64,000 nt of DNA from Eutreptiella sp. 'Long Island Sound 2002' (taxonomy: Eukaryota > Protista > Euglenida), in the NCBI GenBank assembly GCA_964036045.1, contig OZ038378.1, positions 199,144,001 through 199,208,000 of the forward strand, read 5' to 3'. Below, one piece after another: positions 1 to 12,790 of this stretch. Below the pieces are notes generated by a model. That model saw nothing but the letters and a program-made list of their open reading frames with translations, searched no databases and was not told the DNA's origin. The position numbers and the translations under genes were made by a program. Numbering within the stretch: position 1 is the stretch's first letter; every line of letters begins with the position of its first letter.

Positions 1-735
1 GCTATTCCCCATGCGGTGACCGCAACCATCCAGCGGGAATCTATCGGATACGCGGCAGTCAGTTCCGGCCTCTTGCAAGCCGTTATCCACAACCAATTCC
101 CTTACCCAAATCGCGCACGACGACCTCGATGAAGACGCCCCAGAACTACAAGAACCTCTACACGTCCTGTCGCCCATCGTCACAGCATACACGGACCGAG
201 ACCTGGAAGCAACCCAACCTCTCATCGCACCCTATCTGCAAAAGCTGCGCCGCCTCCAAAAAGGACTGAACTCCTACTTGACGGCTCGCCCGGAACGAAG
301 GGTGACCAACTGTCACCATCGAATCCTGAGCTCCTCAGGCGATGCCTATTTCGACATCCGCAAAGTACAACTGGACCGTCGGGTAGCACAAGACCTTCTA
401 CAACACCAGCAGCAGGGTATCTATTCGGTCACGAACAAGTGCGTCATTGGTGGGGTCCCTTGTAGTGCACTGTAGGACGCCTGTTTTGACCTTCGGGTAT
501 TGGCCCACTGCGAGTCCTGCACTTTGCGCGTTTTCGTATGTGACCCGGACAAACATGACGTATGTCGGTTCGGCGAAGAAATTTGGCTCCTCAACCAAGG
601 TTGTGTACTTTCCGAAGCTAGCCACAATGACGGTGAGCTCGTACTTGGACACGCCTATTGATGCGCCCGAGAATACTTTTGTTGCATGTGTCCGTACTAG
701 ATTTGGGAGCAATGCTTGGCTTTGACTGCGTCATA
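1..735 (+). pseudogene. Degenerate LTR-retrotransposon gag-pol/aspartic protease relic
   Basis: The frame-2 reading ends VIGGVPCSAL*DA, resembling the AL(V)D(T/S)G protease motif. About 80 codons later another frame gives HVSVLDLGAMLGFDC, resembling the ILGxD C-terminal motif. Stops and frameshifts are present. Confidence 0.4.
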
Positions 736-1519
736 TCCATACCGTCCTCTGGCCATTCCTCCAGACATCATGTCGTCGGTCAAGACGTGTTGTGCCTCAT
801 AATGATTGATTTGTTTAAGCACGGAAGCTCAGGTCTGACGGTCAAAGAAGGTCCCTACCAGGAGCGGCCCCCGCTGTGCCCCTTCCGCCTGTAACCCCTG
901 CTGATTTGCTCCTGATCAGCGATTGCATTTCTCAAAGTCCAGGGTCCAAAATCCAAAAATATAGAAAATAAAATCCTCCTTCAACCCTGAACAGCAACCA
1001 GATCCCACAAATACGGCAATAATCCAATCCACACTGCGGGCTTCCGTTCAGCACACCGGTTGTCTCACGGTGGCGGGCATGTACAAGAATTGCACCAAAG
1101 AGGAAAGCCCTGAAATTGGCATATGAACACAAATAAAGGAAAGTTGGGGAAAGAGGTAAACATACACATTCACAGCCATAAACCCCTCATTCCCTGGACT
1201 CAAGACCTTCCCTTGACTCACCAACATATTGCCCTGAACCAGGTCAAATGAGATGGCTGAATGCCATGTGTCAAAAGTCAATACACAAACCCCAAAAATG
1301 TGTTCACTCCCAAGCCTCTAAATCCTAGTCCAATAGGGGAGGTGGCGTGTCATGGCCTAGAGTGACACTCAGGACCATGCCCTACCCTGACATATACTTG
1401 GTTGGACTTGGAGTCGAATGGGCTTAGAGATATGCCCCATGAGTTTGAACTCATAACATGCCAAAAACTGCCAATTCACACCATATTGGCCATGCATCAA
1501 ATATATGCTCAAAATTGAA

Positions 1520-2330
1520 GTTACCACTTATCCGAAGGCACAAAGTATGCATGGAATCGAAGTCTAGTATTCATGGAGGATAGAGACCAAAGGTCAATGC
1601 CCATGTACATCCCCACTTTACCCTCGAAACCCCTTCGGATATGGGCGCCACGCACTGCCCAAGTCAGCCCATGATCTTGAGACCAATTCTTGTAATCCTT
1701 CGTGCGCCAAGTCAAATGGAGTACGCGATCCGGCATATGGTGGTGTTCAACTCCAAAGCATATGCCAACATATGAACAACATACCATGGTTCGACTCTCC
1801 ATAAGCTTCTTGCTGTTTGCCGACCAGGTAAGTACACAAAATGCAAAAATGAGCAAAAATTGAGGTCAAAAACATGAAAATATGTCCAAATACAAAGTTG
1901 TCATGATAGTATATCTCTATGCTCACCCATGATATCCGCTCATGGTTCAATACACAAATGATTGGAACCATTTGCGAACAATTCCCCCACTTGGATCCCC
2001 AATCGGGCGCATGGAGATACCTTCGCCACTCATATCTACATGCCCCATGAAAATGGGAGTGCACTCATGGATCTCTTTGCCAAACATACCATGAGCAATA
2101 CATACGCGGTAGACTTAGTCTAGCGCTTTGAATTCCACAATTGGGACATGGGCAAAGCCCTTGTCACGTGTGGCTCCCCATCTCTTCGGCCACACGAAGA
2201 TATATAACATGGGCGTGAGCATATCAAGACATATACTACCAATATCACACATAGCCCTTAAAATTGGCTCCCACCATAGTATGCCATGCCCCTCCATGGT
2301 CATAACTTTGGGTTAAATGGACGTGGGAAC
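1520..2330 (-). pseudogene. Possible degenerate retroelement integrase (rve) relic
   Basis: MPDRVLHLTWRTKDYKNWSQDHGLTWAVRGAH loosely matches the integrase core GxPxxI...FxxFCxxxGI. The frames are fragmented. Confidence 0.25.
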
Positions 2331-4183
2331 CTAAGGAAAGATGCTATGCAACCGCAAGACTCATGCGCTACACTCGAAAGTCATAATATCAAGTCCGGAC
2401 ACATGGTCAACAAGTTATAAACAAGTTTCTACCATGTTGACCATGATCCTATGATACAACGAGTGTGTGTGCCGACTTAAGGTGTTGGACCCTACTAAAA
2501 ATAAGTTGAGACTAAGGCGCTTGCAACCCAACCTTCCTTATTCTCTTACCTCACACTCGCGCGTAGATATGGCCCTTCAAAGTGGTCACACGATTCACTT
2601 TTGTTTCCCTTATATCTCCAAGTCAAATGGGTGGCAAGTATAAGGGAAACCTGATTCGGGCATAGGGAAAAGAGTATGACCACTCGAAGAAGACCAAATC
2701 AAGTGCGGCGATGTCGAAGTCGAAAATCCGATTTCGACACCGCGAAAAATTCAGATTAAAATTTCGAGTGCATATTTAGAAAATTGCGGAAGCAACGAAC
2801 CCTTTACTGATGAAATCTGACCCTTCATCGGGGTTTCCGCCAAAATATCTGGAAATAACAGTTAACCAATCGGTTACCGCAAAATCGCGAGCCAACTGAC
2901 AGTCGCCGATACATTGACCATCAGAACGAAAGGCTGAAAAATTACGGAAACATTATGATAATAAAACCCTGTTGACTCCTGATATTCTGATATATAAATC
3001 TCAGCTGGCGGCGCCTCGGTACTGAATATGGCCGCTCATAGCCGGAATGGCCAAACCTATCACACTATCACATCGGGTTAGGTCAGGTGGATGGGAGAGT
3101 ATGATATCAGCCAATGGCGGCTTGCCGGCACATAGATACACACCCCAAGTGACCCCAAGATGGCCACGGGGGTCCGAACCGGCTTCAGTCAAGGGTGGTC
3201 TTGAATTGAACCAACAGTCTGTAATTGTCCACCGGCTTGAGCCCAATAACGTGTTCCATCAGGGATCCTTGGATAAGTTGATGGTGTTGAAGGAAGTCCC
3301 GAATGATATCTTCATATGATGATATCTTATCTGCTTTCTCCACTCGTAATCACGGAAGCCACCCTGCCCCCTTTCCGGGCCTGCTTGCACGCATACATGC
3401 GCACAAAATGCAAGCACACGCGCATGCACACAGTTTGGACAGCCCGTTAATTCAGTGGAAAATTTTTCATATGAGACCACATAGCACACCAATGATGTAC
3501 AACGCTATTATCAAATTCGTTTTCTCAAATGGTAGTCAAAAAAATCTGGACCTATCCCACAACCCCACCTTTCATTTTTTTTTCTCGATTCACTGAAATA
3601 GCTCATGCCTTGGAGCAGACTTTGATCGGTAAAAGCCTGTAGGCGAGCACACAACAAAGCGCAATGTGTGTGGACCATATGGTCACATAAACGTTCAATC
3701 AATAGACACACTCAATGGCAATTAAGCAAAAATCCACCCTCTTAGTATATACCTCCCAGCATCCGTATGACTGTATGACCTTACAGCTTTGTCCCACCAC
3801 CACCAAGGCTGCTTGAACCTTAGAGAGCCGATACCCGTAGACCACCATGGATAGCAATGAGGTGCCAAAGTAGGGTTCAGACAAATCTACTCAATAGGCA
3901 AACAACCAAAGCCACCTATGTGGCATAGAATCTAGGGCCCCATTCCACACAGGTCAAGTGTCATGACTAGTGATTAATGAGAATACCAAAGCGTGCAGGT
4001 TGTGGTGACCCAAGGAACTGTGACCAAAAACACGCCACAATGCAAACCATGTAGCATAGCAACACACGAGTCCAACAAGGCTTTGTAGTCCAAAGTACAA
4101 TATGTGCCATACGTTTATCAAGTACCATATGATATCATGCAAGACAGGCATGGGTTTTCTCCATTTTCTTTGCATACATGACC

Positions 4184-4185
<2 letters not shown>

Positions 4186-4219
<34 letters not shown>

Positions 4220-4292
4220 GCATATGCACGCATGCACGCACGCACACACGCACGCACGCACACGCACACACACACACACACACACTGACACA
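4186..4292. repeat. (CA)n/(CACG)n microsatellite
   Basis: Directly visible. Confidence 0.95.
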
Positions 4293-4840
4293 CTGACACA
4301 CCTCATGCACGCCGAACTCCAGTCACCCTGTGCGCCTCGTGCTGCGCCCCTCATGAAATGAGGCACACAGATCCAGCAGAACTGTGCAACTGTGCAACTG
4401 CGCAACCCTAAGCCCAAGGCAGTACAATTCCATTACTCACCATGACCCTCCACAACACAAACCTTGACAACCCTCGAGGCTTTTTACCTCCGCAATGATC
4501 CTGGGGGGGATCCTTATTAGTTAAAAAAAAAAAATGAACCTGCGGCTTCCACTGCGCCTATGCCACCCCATCAGGCAGCATCGGACTCCACCGATTTGCA
4601 GCAATTTTCTCAAATTGCCGCATTCCACATTCCCTGGGCTGCCAGCAGCAACAAAGCAGGGAATGTGGGATGTGTGCATGGGTTTGGACCTGAAAATGCT
4701 GGACCCCCCTAATGAAGTGCTGTGTTATGGCAGTGCGCAGGCAGCATCAGCAGCACACAAGGCAGAACAGATGCTCATCAGCGGCGATCAATGGACGCCC
4801 CTGCGAAACCCTGCCTCGGCCGTCTATGCCCAGGCCCAAG

Positions 4841-5338
4841 TCACAGGGACTGCATACAGTTGGCACCCAACTGTATTCGGGCCTGTCCATGAGGGTGCCA
4901 TGAAAGCAAGAAGTTTTGAGTGCAGTACGGATGACTGCTGCCCTGTGACACGGTGGTCCCGCCCTGTGCCCCTCTTGACCGCTGTGGGTTGCCCATCCGG
5001 TGTCCATCAGCTCCCGGCAGACCTCTCTGCGGCATGCAAGCCACGCCTGGTCCTCAAGGGATTGTGTCATTCTCAACAGGTCGTTCCCACCGCTGCCCCA
5101 TTAGCTCTGGAAGACGTGTATCAGGGTTGCAGGGGGCGAACCCTGTCGCACATACATGTTCATCGACTCTCAGGCGGCTCCGCTCCAAATTTGTTCTTCT
5201 GCGGTCGTTTTCCAATTTGTAATTGCGCTCCACAAATGATTGCTCCTGATCTGACGTCAATTTCCTCGTCCACTTCTCTTTGTCTGGATGAGAAAAGGAC
5301 ACCGCCTCACAAGTGGGGCAGCAGGCACTGAAGGTCAT
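4841..5338 (-). pseudogene. Exon-like reading frame of about 165 codons with one in-frame TGA, unknown product
   Basis: RKLTSDQEQSFVERNYKLENDRRRTNLERSRLRVDEH...ENDTIP*GPGVACMPQR; ORFs 5054-5338 and 4841-5044 share a frame. Confidence 0.25.
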
Positions 5339-5659
5339 GTTTGGATCCCCTTGGTGTTGTGTGTGGGGGGGGGGGGGGGTGATGTGTCATCTGCAGTGCT
5401 GAGAGGGAACAAACTGCTCAACCAGGCTGTTCAGGCAGGGCACATGCTGGTGTGCCAAAGTCTTGTGTCATGTGTCTTGTCTTGTGTTGGCTTGGCATCC
5501 TGATGAGGGCACTGGTACGCATCTGAGCCTGCAATGACAGCCTTTGTCAGTATCGGATGGGGGATTAGAGGGAATCTTTTGCCTTGGCGCACACTGCACA
5601 CTGCCAGAGGTGTTCACCAGCTTTTTTTAAAGGCAAAACAACAGGGGACAGGTGCAAAA

Positions 5660-6255
5660 TTCTATTGCCTTCGGCAGTGCACCTCAAAGAGAGGTTGACA
5701 GTCAGCCAATCAGTCCCTTAGCCAGGCCAGCAGTCAGTCAGACAGAAACACACAGTTTGGGTTTTTTGTCAGTGGCAGACGCGGCCCCAAGCAGTGCCGA
5801 GACCTTTCGCCTCAGACCAAGCAGTGGCCGAATGGTAATGCAGACCGGAGTCTTTTTGGTCGGCGGTTGGCACCCCGCCGCCAACAGTCGGCCGACCAGG
5901 ATTCGAAAAAACTTTGCGTCGGCTGTGTTACCATTTGACCGGTGGTTGTGTGATAGCACTAAGCTTCCCCACTGCTTGGATCCTTCTGAGCGAAAACTTT
6001 TGACCCCCGCCCCACCCCCCACCCCCACCCCCACCCCCTCAAAAAAGTGATATCTAGTTTTAGGGGATAGAGGCCTCAGAATCAAAAAATCCATTGGGGG
6101 ATTGTCTTGTTGGGCAAAAGAATGATTTTACAAGGGGTTGGACATCCAATATCATGCCTTGGGGTATGCTAAGCAAATGACCCCAAAAAAGGGGGGTATA
6201 CGACGCCCGCGCTTGCGCTTGATCTAACAACCTCTCTTCGAGGTAATTTTGGGGG
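5660..6255 (+). mobile_element. Dispersed composite repeat of about 600 bp, copy 1, containing tRNA-like inverted units
   Basis: It is the reverse complement of 50405-51030 over about 600 bp. Its right part recurs at 26900-27085 and, more diverged, at 44430-44560. Confidence 0.85.
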
Positions 6256-6739
6256 CAAAAGTCCCCCATGTGGCTCAGTTTGCACTGTGTGTGCATTGTG
6301 TGCACACTGCACCTTTGTTGCCAAACCCCATATTGTATCCCGACGAAACCCATGACCTCCCAAGAGCACAAAACACAATTCAGCTGAGGAACGGACGCAA
6401 TTTACCGCTGGTTCAACATTCAGCACTAGAGCTCCAGGTGGAACTATGAATGGGCGTGCATGCCTTGCACATGTTCAAACAGCAAGTGCCACATTCAGAT
6501 CGCTTCCACATGTGGCCGGTCAACTTCCACCCAGGATACGGGTACCTTCAACGTCTACACGTAGGGGAGAAACATACAATGCTGCATTCAGGACCACCAT
6601 TTGCGCTGGTGTCCGCTCCCTCCCTCCCCTTCTTCCTCCCCTCCTCCCTCTCTCCTTCCCTCCCAGTGATCACCTCCAAAAAGGCAAGCTACCCCCCCCC
6701 CCCATCCAAGCATGCCAAAAGTCAGAAAAACAACGGTCC

Positions 6740-7235
6740 AACGGGCTCATGTGCTTAGACAACCCCGTGCTTGCACGAGACGCACGGTACCAAAAGAACG
6801 TATGTCGCCGAAAACTTGACCTCACCCTAACCACAATTGTTGCAACGGGGCACTACAACACTATGTTTCAGCATGTTCTGGAGGTCCTCACTGATGGTCA
6901 GGGGTATCAGCAGCTGTGGAATGCAAGCTTTTTCCAACCTTGTGCCTCATCTTGAACAATTGCACATGCTTGCCCTTTGGGGCAGGCTTTGGAGCAGGCT
7001 TGGCTTCAGGTTTTGGAATGGGTTTAGGCTTCCTATTCATTTGGACAAAACTGTCATCAACAATATCTTTGGTGAAGTAAAGCTTGCCCTCAAAGACATG
7101 GCCGAGGCCCCAAATCCCACGGCCCGCTTTGGCCCACACAATCTGCACTTCATCATCCTCCCATGATTTCCCAATGTGGTCAACGTAGTATGGCACGCCA
7201 CCATCCGTGGTACCAGGAGTGGCAACATCAGCCAT
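6740..7235 (-). pseudogene. Small hypothetical protein: chromo-like N-terminus, PKP/EAKP linker, frameshifted CxxC...CxxC C-terminus
   Basis: ttttcag|ccATG start; MADVATPG...YYVDHIGKSWEDDEVQIVWAK; the shifted frame gives RCNNCG*GE...VPCVSCKHGVV*AH. Confidence 0.35.
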
Positions 7236-7840
7236 GGCTGAAAATCACACCAAAACAGATAGCATTGGGTTGCAGTTGCAAGGAATATTGGTATGAGTAG
7301 GAGAAATTACCAAAAGCATTATCTAGCTCCCCTTTCCTTCTACAATGGAAGCAGAAGCCCGTAACGTCACATTTCTGACCCTGCAGCCCCAATGGAGGGT
7401 GTTGATAGGAGTGATGAGAACTGGGGCTTGGTCAAGGAGGGAGTTTGTTCGCTGTACCTAAAGCCAAGGGTTTGAGAGTGGAGGCTCTGGGGACCACAAA
7501 GGATGAGCCAAGCGAGCATACAGACCTGCGGCGCTTTCATAAACGGGCGGGATCCATCGGGGCCTTTTGGTGGTCAGGCATTGGGCACTCTGCTCACTCA
7601 TGACCTTCAACTGAATTCAGAAGCAAATTCAACTCAGGCTGGCGACCAGTCACCATCTTCCTTTTGCCCAAATAAGACAACAACAATCACACACCTCGGA
7701 TCCACAGAGCACACGGCAGATCAAGGTGTGTATGGTGTTGCAAGGTGTTGAAATGGTTGCATTGGCACCGAGTAATGATCCAAGTCAACCGGTTTAGGTG
7801 TTGGGGATATGCCAAAGAACAGCACACGACATATTGCATC

Positions 7841-7955
7841 CCACAAGCACAAGCACAAGCACAAGCACAAGCAGCAACAAGCACAAGCACAAGCAGCAAC
7901 AAGCACAAGCACAAGCACAAGCACATGCACAAGCAGCACAAGCACAAGCACCAGC
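7841..7955. repeat. (GCACAA)n hexamer microsatellite
   Basis: Directly visible; it explains the poly-QA/HK/ST ORFs here. Confidence 0.95.
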
Positions 7956-8191
7956 ACACATACATTCAAGCAACCCTCACCCTCTCACACACCACCCGGA
8001 AGCACAAAAAGCAAGTGCACGGCATGTACCAAGCAACAAAAATCCCCAAACCATTCAGCGCCCAACAATCACCGCAGAAATCGACGCCGCAAACAACACC
8101 CCACACACAGTGCCAGGCACAAACAGACATTCATGCACACGCATGCACGCACATGCGCCAGCAGGAAGAATGTCAGATGGCACAAGATGAC

Positions 8192-8380
8192 CTCTTCAAG
8201 CCTTTTACGCATCTTGTCCCTTGGGTTTTCATACAGCCGCTTCAATTGGTGCTCAAGTTCCTCCCCACCAATCTTCTTTTGGTGCAAAGGTGGAATTGGT
8301 TGCAACATGGACATTGTGCTTCACAATCGTTCACTGGAGAAAAGATTGCCGTTTATATAAGCTTTTCGCGGACCAGTGCC
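8192..8380 (-). pseudogene. Host-like exon with one in-frame TGA
   Basis: ctgcag| acceptor and gag|gt donor flank 63 codons, GTGPRKAYINGNLFSSERL*STMSMLQPIPPLHQKKIGGEELEHQLKRLYENPRDKMRKRLEE. The TGA is at 8321-8323. Confidence 0.45.
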
Positions 8381-8823
8381 CTGCAGCACGAGCACATTGT
8401 GGATCAATCAATATGTGACAGCAGCATTTTGGATCCAACCTGCAATCCTGAAAAAAGGAGTCAGTAACCCTTTGCAATGCCATTTTGGTGTGGCTCGATC
8501 CTTTTAGCAATGCGCCATCAGCATGCGAGGTGGTGTCTTGATGCTGATCCGTGCCTCAAAATCTTCGATGCTCTCTCCTCAATGCCGAGCAGCGAAAGTG
8601 ATAGATGATGCACTACAAGATAGTCAATCTGGAACACTGCAATGAACATTCCCCCGACACTTTGGCAGTGGTATACATCATCGTTGGTGATGCACAAGAA
8701 AAGGGAATGGAGGAGCGTCAAGCCAACACTGTATTCCATGGGTGCAATGAGCCAGCCTCCCCCAGCATGGTCGCAATTTGTCGAAATGATGGCCCAAGCA
8801 GGGGTATTGTTTAGCTGCACCTA

Positions 8824-9138
8824 GGGGGCGTTCTCGCACAGCGCGCGCACAGCGCGGGCACAGCGCGCGCACAGCGCCAATTATTACGGTGATTATCCAG
8901 GTAACAACCCTGAAAACCACCCACCTGCGGAATCATGCACAATCAATTTAACACTCAAAAATTCAAACATCTGATGCGTGCCATGGGTCCCAGGGACCTA
9001 AATTCTGCCCCCTATAGCCCCGTCCACTGCAGCAGCCATTCAATGACGTCCTTTCAATCTTCTGAACTTACCGAACTCCCGGTGGTGGAGAACAGCCAAC
9101 TTTTCGCACAGCGCGTGCACAGCGCACGGTACGCCCCC
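8824..9138. mobile_element. Tourist/PIF-Harbinger-like MITE (315 bp)
   Basis: TIR GGGGGCGT...ACGCCCCC, 3-bp TSD CTA, empty site CAC-CTA-GTG, and subterminal GCACAGCGCGC repeats at both ends. Confidence 0.8.
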
Positions 9139-9559
9139 CTAGTGCAAACAAGTCAGGCCTCAGAGACCAGTCTGCATTGATGCCTGTGCCGTACCTCCAA
9201 ACTCGTTGTGCACTATTGCTCGTGGTCTGCCTGGACGCCCCATTCGCACCGGTGCCAGTGCAAAGCACATTACGCTACATTGCATGTGCTGAGCCATTCG
9301 ATCCATTTTGCACTGAGGGGGTGCTGTGGGCGCAGGGTGCACACATGGTGCCTGTGGAGTGCAGACCTTAGCGTCATTTGCACCCCACCTGCCCTGCCCA
9401 AAGTATGGGCAAAGGAGAAAATTCTTGACACACAGCATTGCAACGAGGCTGTGTTCAATTCAGGTGCCATTGTTGACGGATGCGGCTTTGGTGAAGGCAC
9501 ATGTGTTTCAGGACAGGTTGGTGCCCGTCATTTCCAGCTGTTCAGGCTACTCGTCGTCT

Positions 9560-9965
9560 CTGGTTCAACTCAGAGCTGGATGAGCTGAAGTCCAACTCAA
9601 AGTAAGAGTTGGAGCTGGATCACTGTGTAGAGAACAGGGTGAGCTAAAACTTGAACTAGAATGCTTTGTTGAGTTGCTTTCTGCAGTAGCAAGAGTGGGG
9701 GCATAAATAGGGTCGCCCACACAACTCGAGGATTCAATCGCAGTGTCCGCACAACCACAATCACAGCAGAACCCTCGCCATTAGGGCTGTCATGACTGCA
9801 ACATAGATGACATACCCATGCATCAGATTGAGGCCCATCACACAACACAATGCCGTACCCAATCACATCCTTAATCACATCTCTGCCAGGACAGAATGAG
9901 CACAACAACATTTTCATCTCCATTCTCATTCTTATTGCATTCATCATCTTTGCCTTGGCCCCAAG
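9560..9965 (-). pseudogene. Frameshifted PHD-finger coding relic
   Basis: Joining three frames gives DDECNKNENGDENV/CSFCPGRDVIKDVIGYGIVLCDGPQSDAWVCHLCC..SPNGE/(W)FCCDC, a C4HC3-like spacing, followed by a Ser-rich tail. Confidence 0.55.
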
Positions 9966-10649
9966 GCTTGTGCCCATTGCTCTGTAGGACTTTTCGCAAA
10001 TGTGCACAGGCTGTGGCAACAAAACATGAACAGAAAAAAGGGAGTGGTGCCCTAAAAAAAAAAATAGTGTCCCAAAGCCACCTGACAGAAAATGCTAGGT
10101 TTTTCAACACCCTATTGGGCCCAACCGCGCTCGGAGCAATTTTCAAGTTGCCCAACTGTTCAAGACCCATGATTATTGTCCGTTAACACAAGGCAGTTAA
10201 CACACCGAAGGCAAATGCAGCAAATTGTGCTGCACCCATGTATCTTGTTTCCTGGCCCAACAGAGCTTTCCCCATTCCTAGGCCCCATGCTGATGAATCT
10301 AGTGGGAATCGATTGGAACCATTTCCTTTTACCGGAGCTCCAGTACGTTTTTCTACCTTCCTTGGCCCCATGCAGTCGCTTTGATGCCGAACATTTGAAG
10401 AATTGCGGTGAAGTAAGGAGAAAGTGTGGCTGCAAAGCATTTTCCATGACGGTACCTACATAAACTCTAATCGATTCAAAACTGACAGTTGGCATCAAGG
10501 TTTCACCTCAAGACGTGTACAGCAATATCCATTCTTAAATCCATAGCAGGAACTACTGAGGCCTGTTTCGTGACACACCATTTCAACCTTGCAGCTATTT
10601 GGTGTCTCCCACTCTCTCTTTCTCTCTCTCTGTGTGTGTGTGCCTGTCT

Positions 10650-10762
10650 GCCTGTCTGTCTGTCTCTTTCTCTCTCCCACGGTCTGCGTGTATAAGAAAA
10701 GTCTTCTTGTACACGCATTCTTGTACACGCAGACAGAGGGAGAGAGAAAGAGACAGACAGGC
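10650..10762. repeat. Inverted repeat (hairpin) with arms of about 45 bp
   Basis: gcctgtctgtctgtctctttctctctcccacggtctgcgtgtataagaa pairs with ttcttgtacacgcagacagagggagagagaaagagacagacaggc. Confidence 0.85.
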
Positions 10763-12669
10763 CCATGTTTGCCCTTCTTCTATCACGGACATAATTCTTT
10801 AAAACACATTTATGAATGAGGAGGCAAATGGCTGCACAGCTGGTGTGTGAAGGTCGATGTCATTTCTCTTTGTACTGCACTCTACACATCATCTGGTGCC
10901 ATTAGGCAGTGTATTGCCCTGCAAAATTAAGCATCCCCACGGGGTTTCGATTCCCCAGGTCATGGGGGGTGAACACCTCTGCTTCTGACAACAGCCATGC
11001 CATGGTCGTCCTTTACCCTCTACTTCATCCACCAATCGGTACCCAATGCCCGTTTCGGTCAGGATGCCCCAGGAGAAGCAGCGACATTCTGAATGGAGAA
11101 CTACGGGATTTCAGGCCACAAAATACTGAGGACTAGTATGGAATGTTTCCTGTTGTCACCGATGCATTGCCGCAGCTACTGCAGGCCCCTCACAATTTTA
11201 TCTCTCTGTATTTCCATGCAATTGAAGTTGAAGGGGTGGCACTTCAATGGGGAGGGTCACGGAGCACCAACTGTACCTTGTTGGTGGCCATTACAGCTGT
11301 TGACTAGTGCTGCAATCTGGGAATGTGAATGAATCCAGCTACCACTGCCCGTATCAAGGATGGGAATAAACGACATGGCCGCTGAACAAGACATACGAGA
11401 ATGGAGAGTCTGCAAGTGTCAAATACGCGTGCAAGGGAGCAGTGCCATGTACTGACCACAATCCAATCGAAAAACACCGCTTTGCTGCCGGGGGTTCAGG
11501 CAGAGCCATCTCATTACATTCGTCTCAAACTACATATGAGATACATACAACATACATACATACATAGATACATACGAGAAATACGAGGTCTAAATTCTAC
11601 CCAAGCAGGAATCAAAATGCTGCTGTGTCCAAAACACATATCACAAGGGGGAATAGGAAGTCAGGTTGGATGTGCATAAGAAGACAAGGCAAACTTTCGG
11701 CAACGGGACACTTCGTTGCGTAAGGAGAGTGCCTGCGAATGGTCAGTGACATAAGATGTGGTTCCTGGAAAGACTGGCGCAGCAACATTGCGGCGAGGTA
11801 CACTCAATTACAACTTCACCTTCATGACCCCAGGCCAGTCAGTGAGAATTGTGAACGGTTACGGCTGCAGAGGGCTTCAGAACACTGCGGGGGGGGTGGC
11901 AAAGGCTGTTGAGCCACTACGGAGAATGCAGGAGGTCAATGAGAGCGGATTTGGATTGTGGGTCCATGCAAATACTCCTCATCAATCCACAGCAGGATCG
12001 TTTCACGATGCGGAGTGAAAGTGGCCGGTTTCAGTGCCAGGGGCACGCGGGGCCCGCTGCCCCCCTGGTGCCCATCCTTGGATCATTTCTGGCCCCTGGG
12101 CCCAAGTCCCGCACTGCCTAGGCACCGCGTGGGGTGTTACGGTCCATATCCTTCGAACAAGGGTCAATGTGAGTGGTCGCTGAAGGTGGGATAATGAGGT
12201 GCCTTGAGTGACGAAGATCAGTGTCAGCAGGGCCACTATCCCGATAGGGCTACAATGACAATGTCATGCACCGGGGCGAAGCAAAACTGCATCCTACTCA
12301 TGTTGCGTGCAAATGAAAATGTGACGTTGGGCGGGGGTTGGGAACTCGCACAAATCAGGCAACACGGTAACAACAGGACTCGTCGGTGGAACCGTCTCCA
12401 TAGATCCCTTGTCCCCTCGTTGGAAGATGGAATGGCAGTGTGACCCGGTCATGGTATGCATGCGCTCGCATCGAGCTGTGACTATGAGGCCCGGTTGCCC
12501 CGACCAGCACATCCGGTCTGGCATATGGCGGACGTTCCCTCCCCCGCCGTCCGCTCGAATGGGCCCGAGAGGTGGAAAATCTGAGAAATTGTTGGGTTGA
12601 GGACAGGGCTCCTTTGGGGGGGGAGGGGTGGCTGGGGGTGCCCCCCCCCCCCCCGCGCGGTGGTGGTGA

Positions 12670-12790
12670 GTTTTTAGAGGCGCCGAAGAAAATTTTGGTG
12701 TAAACCAAATGACGCCGAAGGCTTCAGAGAAAATTTTTCATTGGCCGAAGGCGCGAAGCAAAATTTGGCCCAACTGTTAAGGGGCGGGGG
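12670..12790 (+). repeat. Dispersed GGCGCCGAAG/AAAATTTT repeat family
   Basis: 12728-12772 is the reverse complement of 63937-63985; a related motif occurs at 59185-59260. Confidence 0.75.

Noticed and set aside
7687-8190. Low-complexity ORFs (poly-HK, QA, VL, CA; likewise 3954-4417, 10489-10819, 17534-18145, 34379-34885)
   Set aside because: They are translations of microsatellites or minisatellites that are open in several frames.
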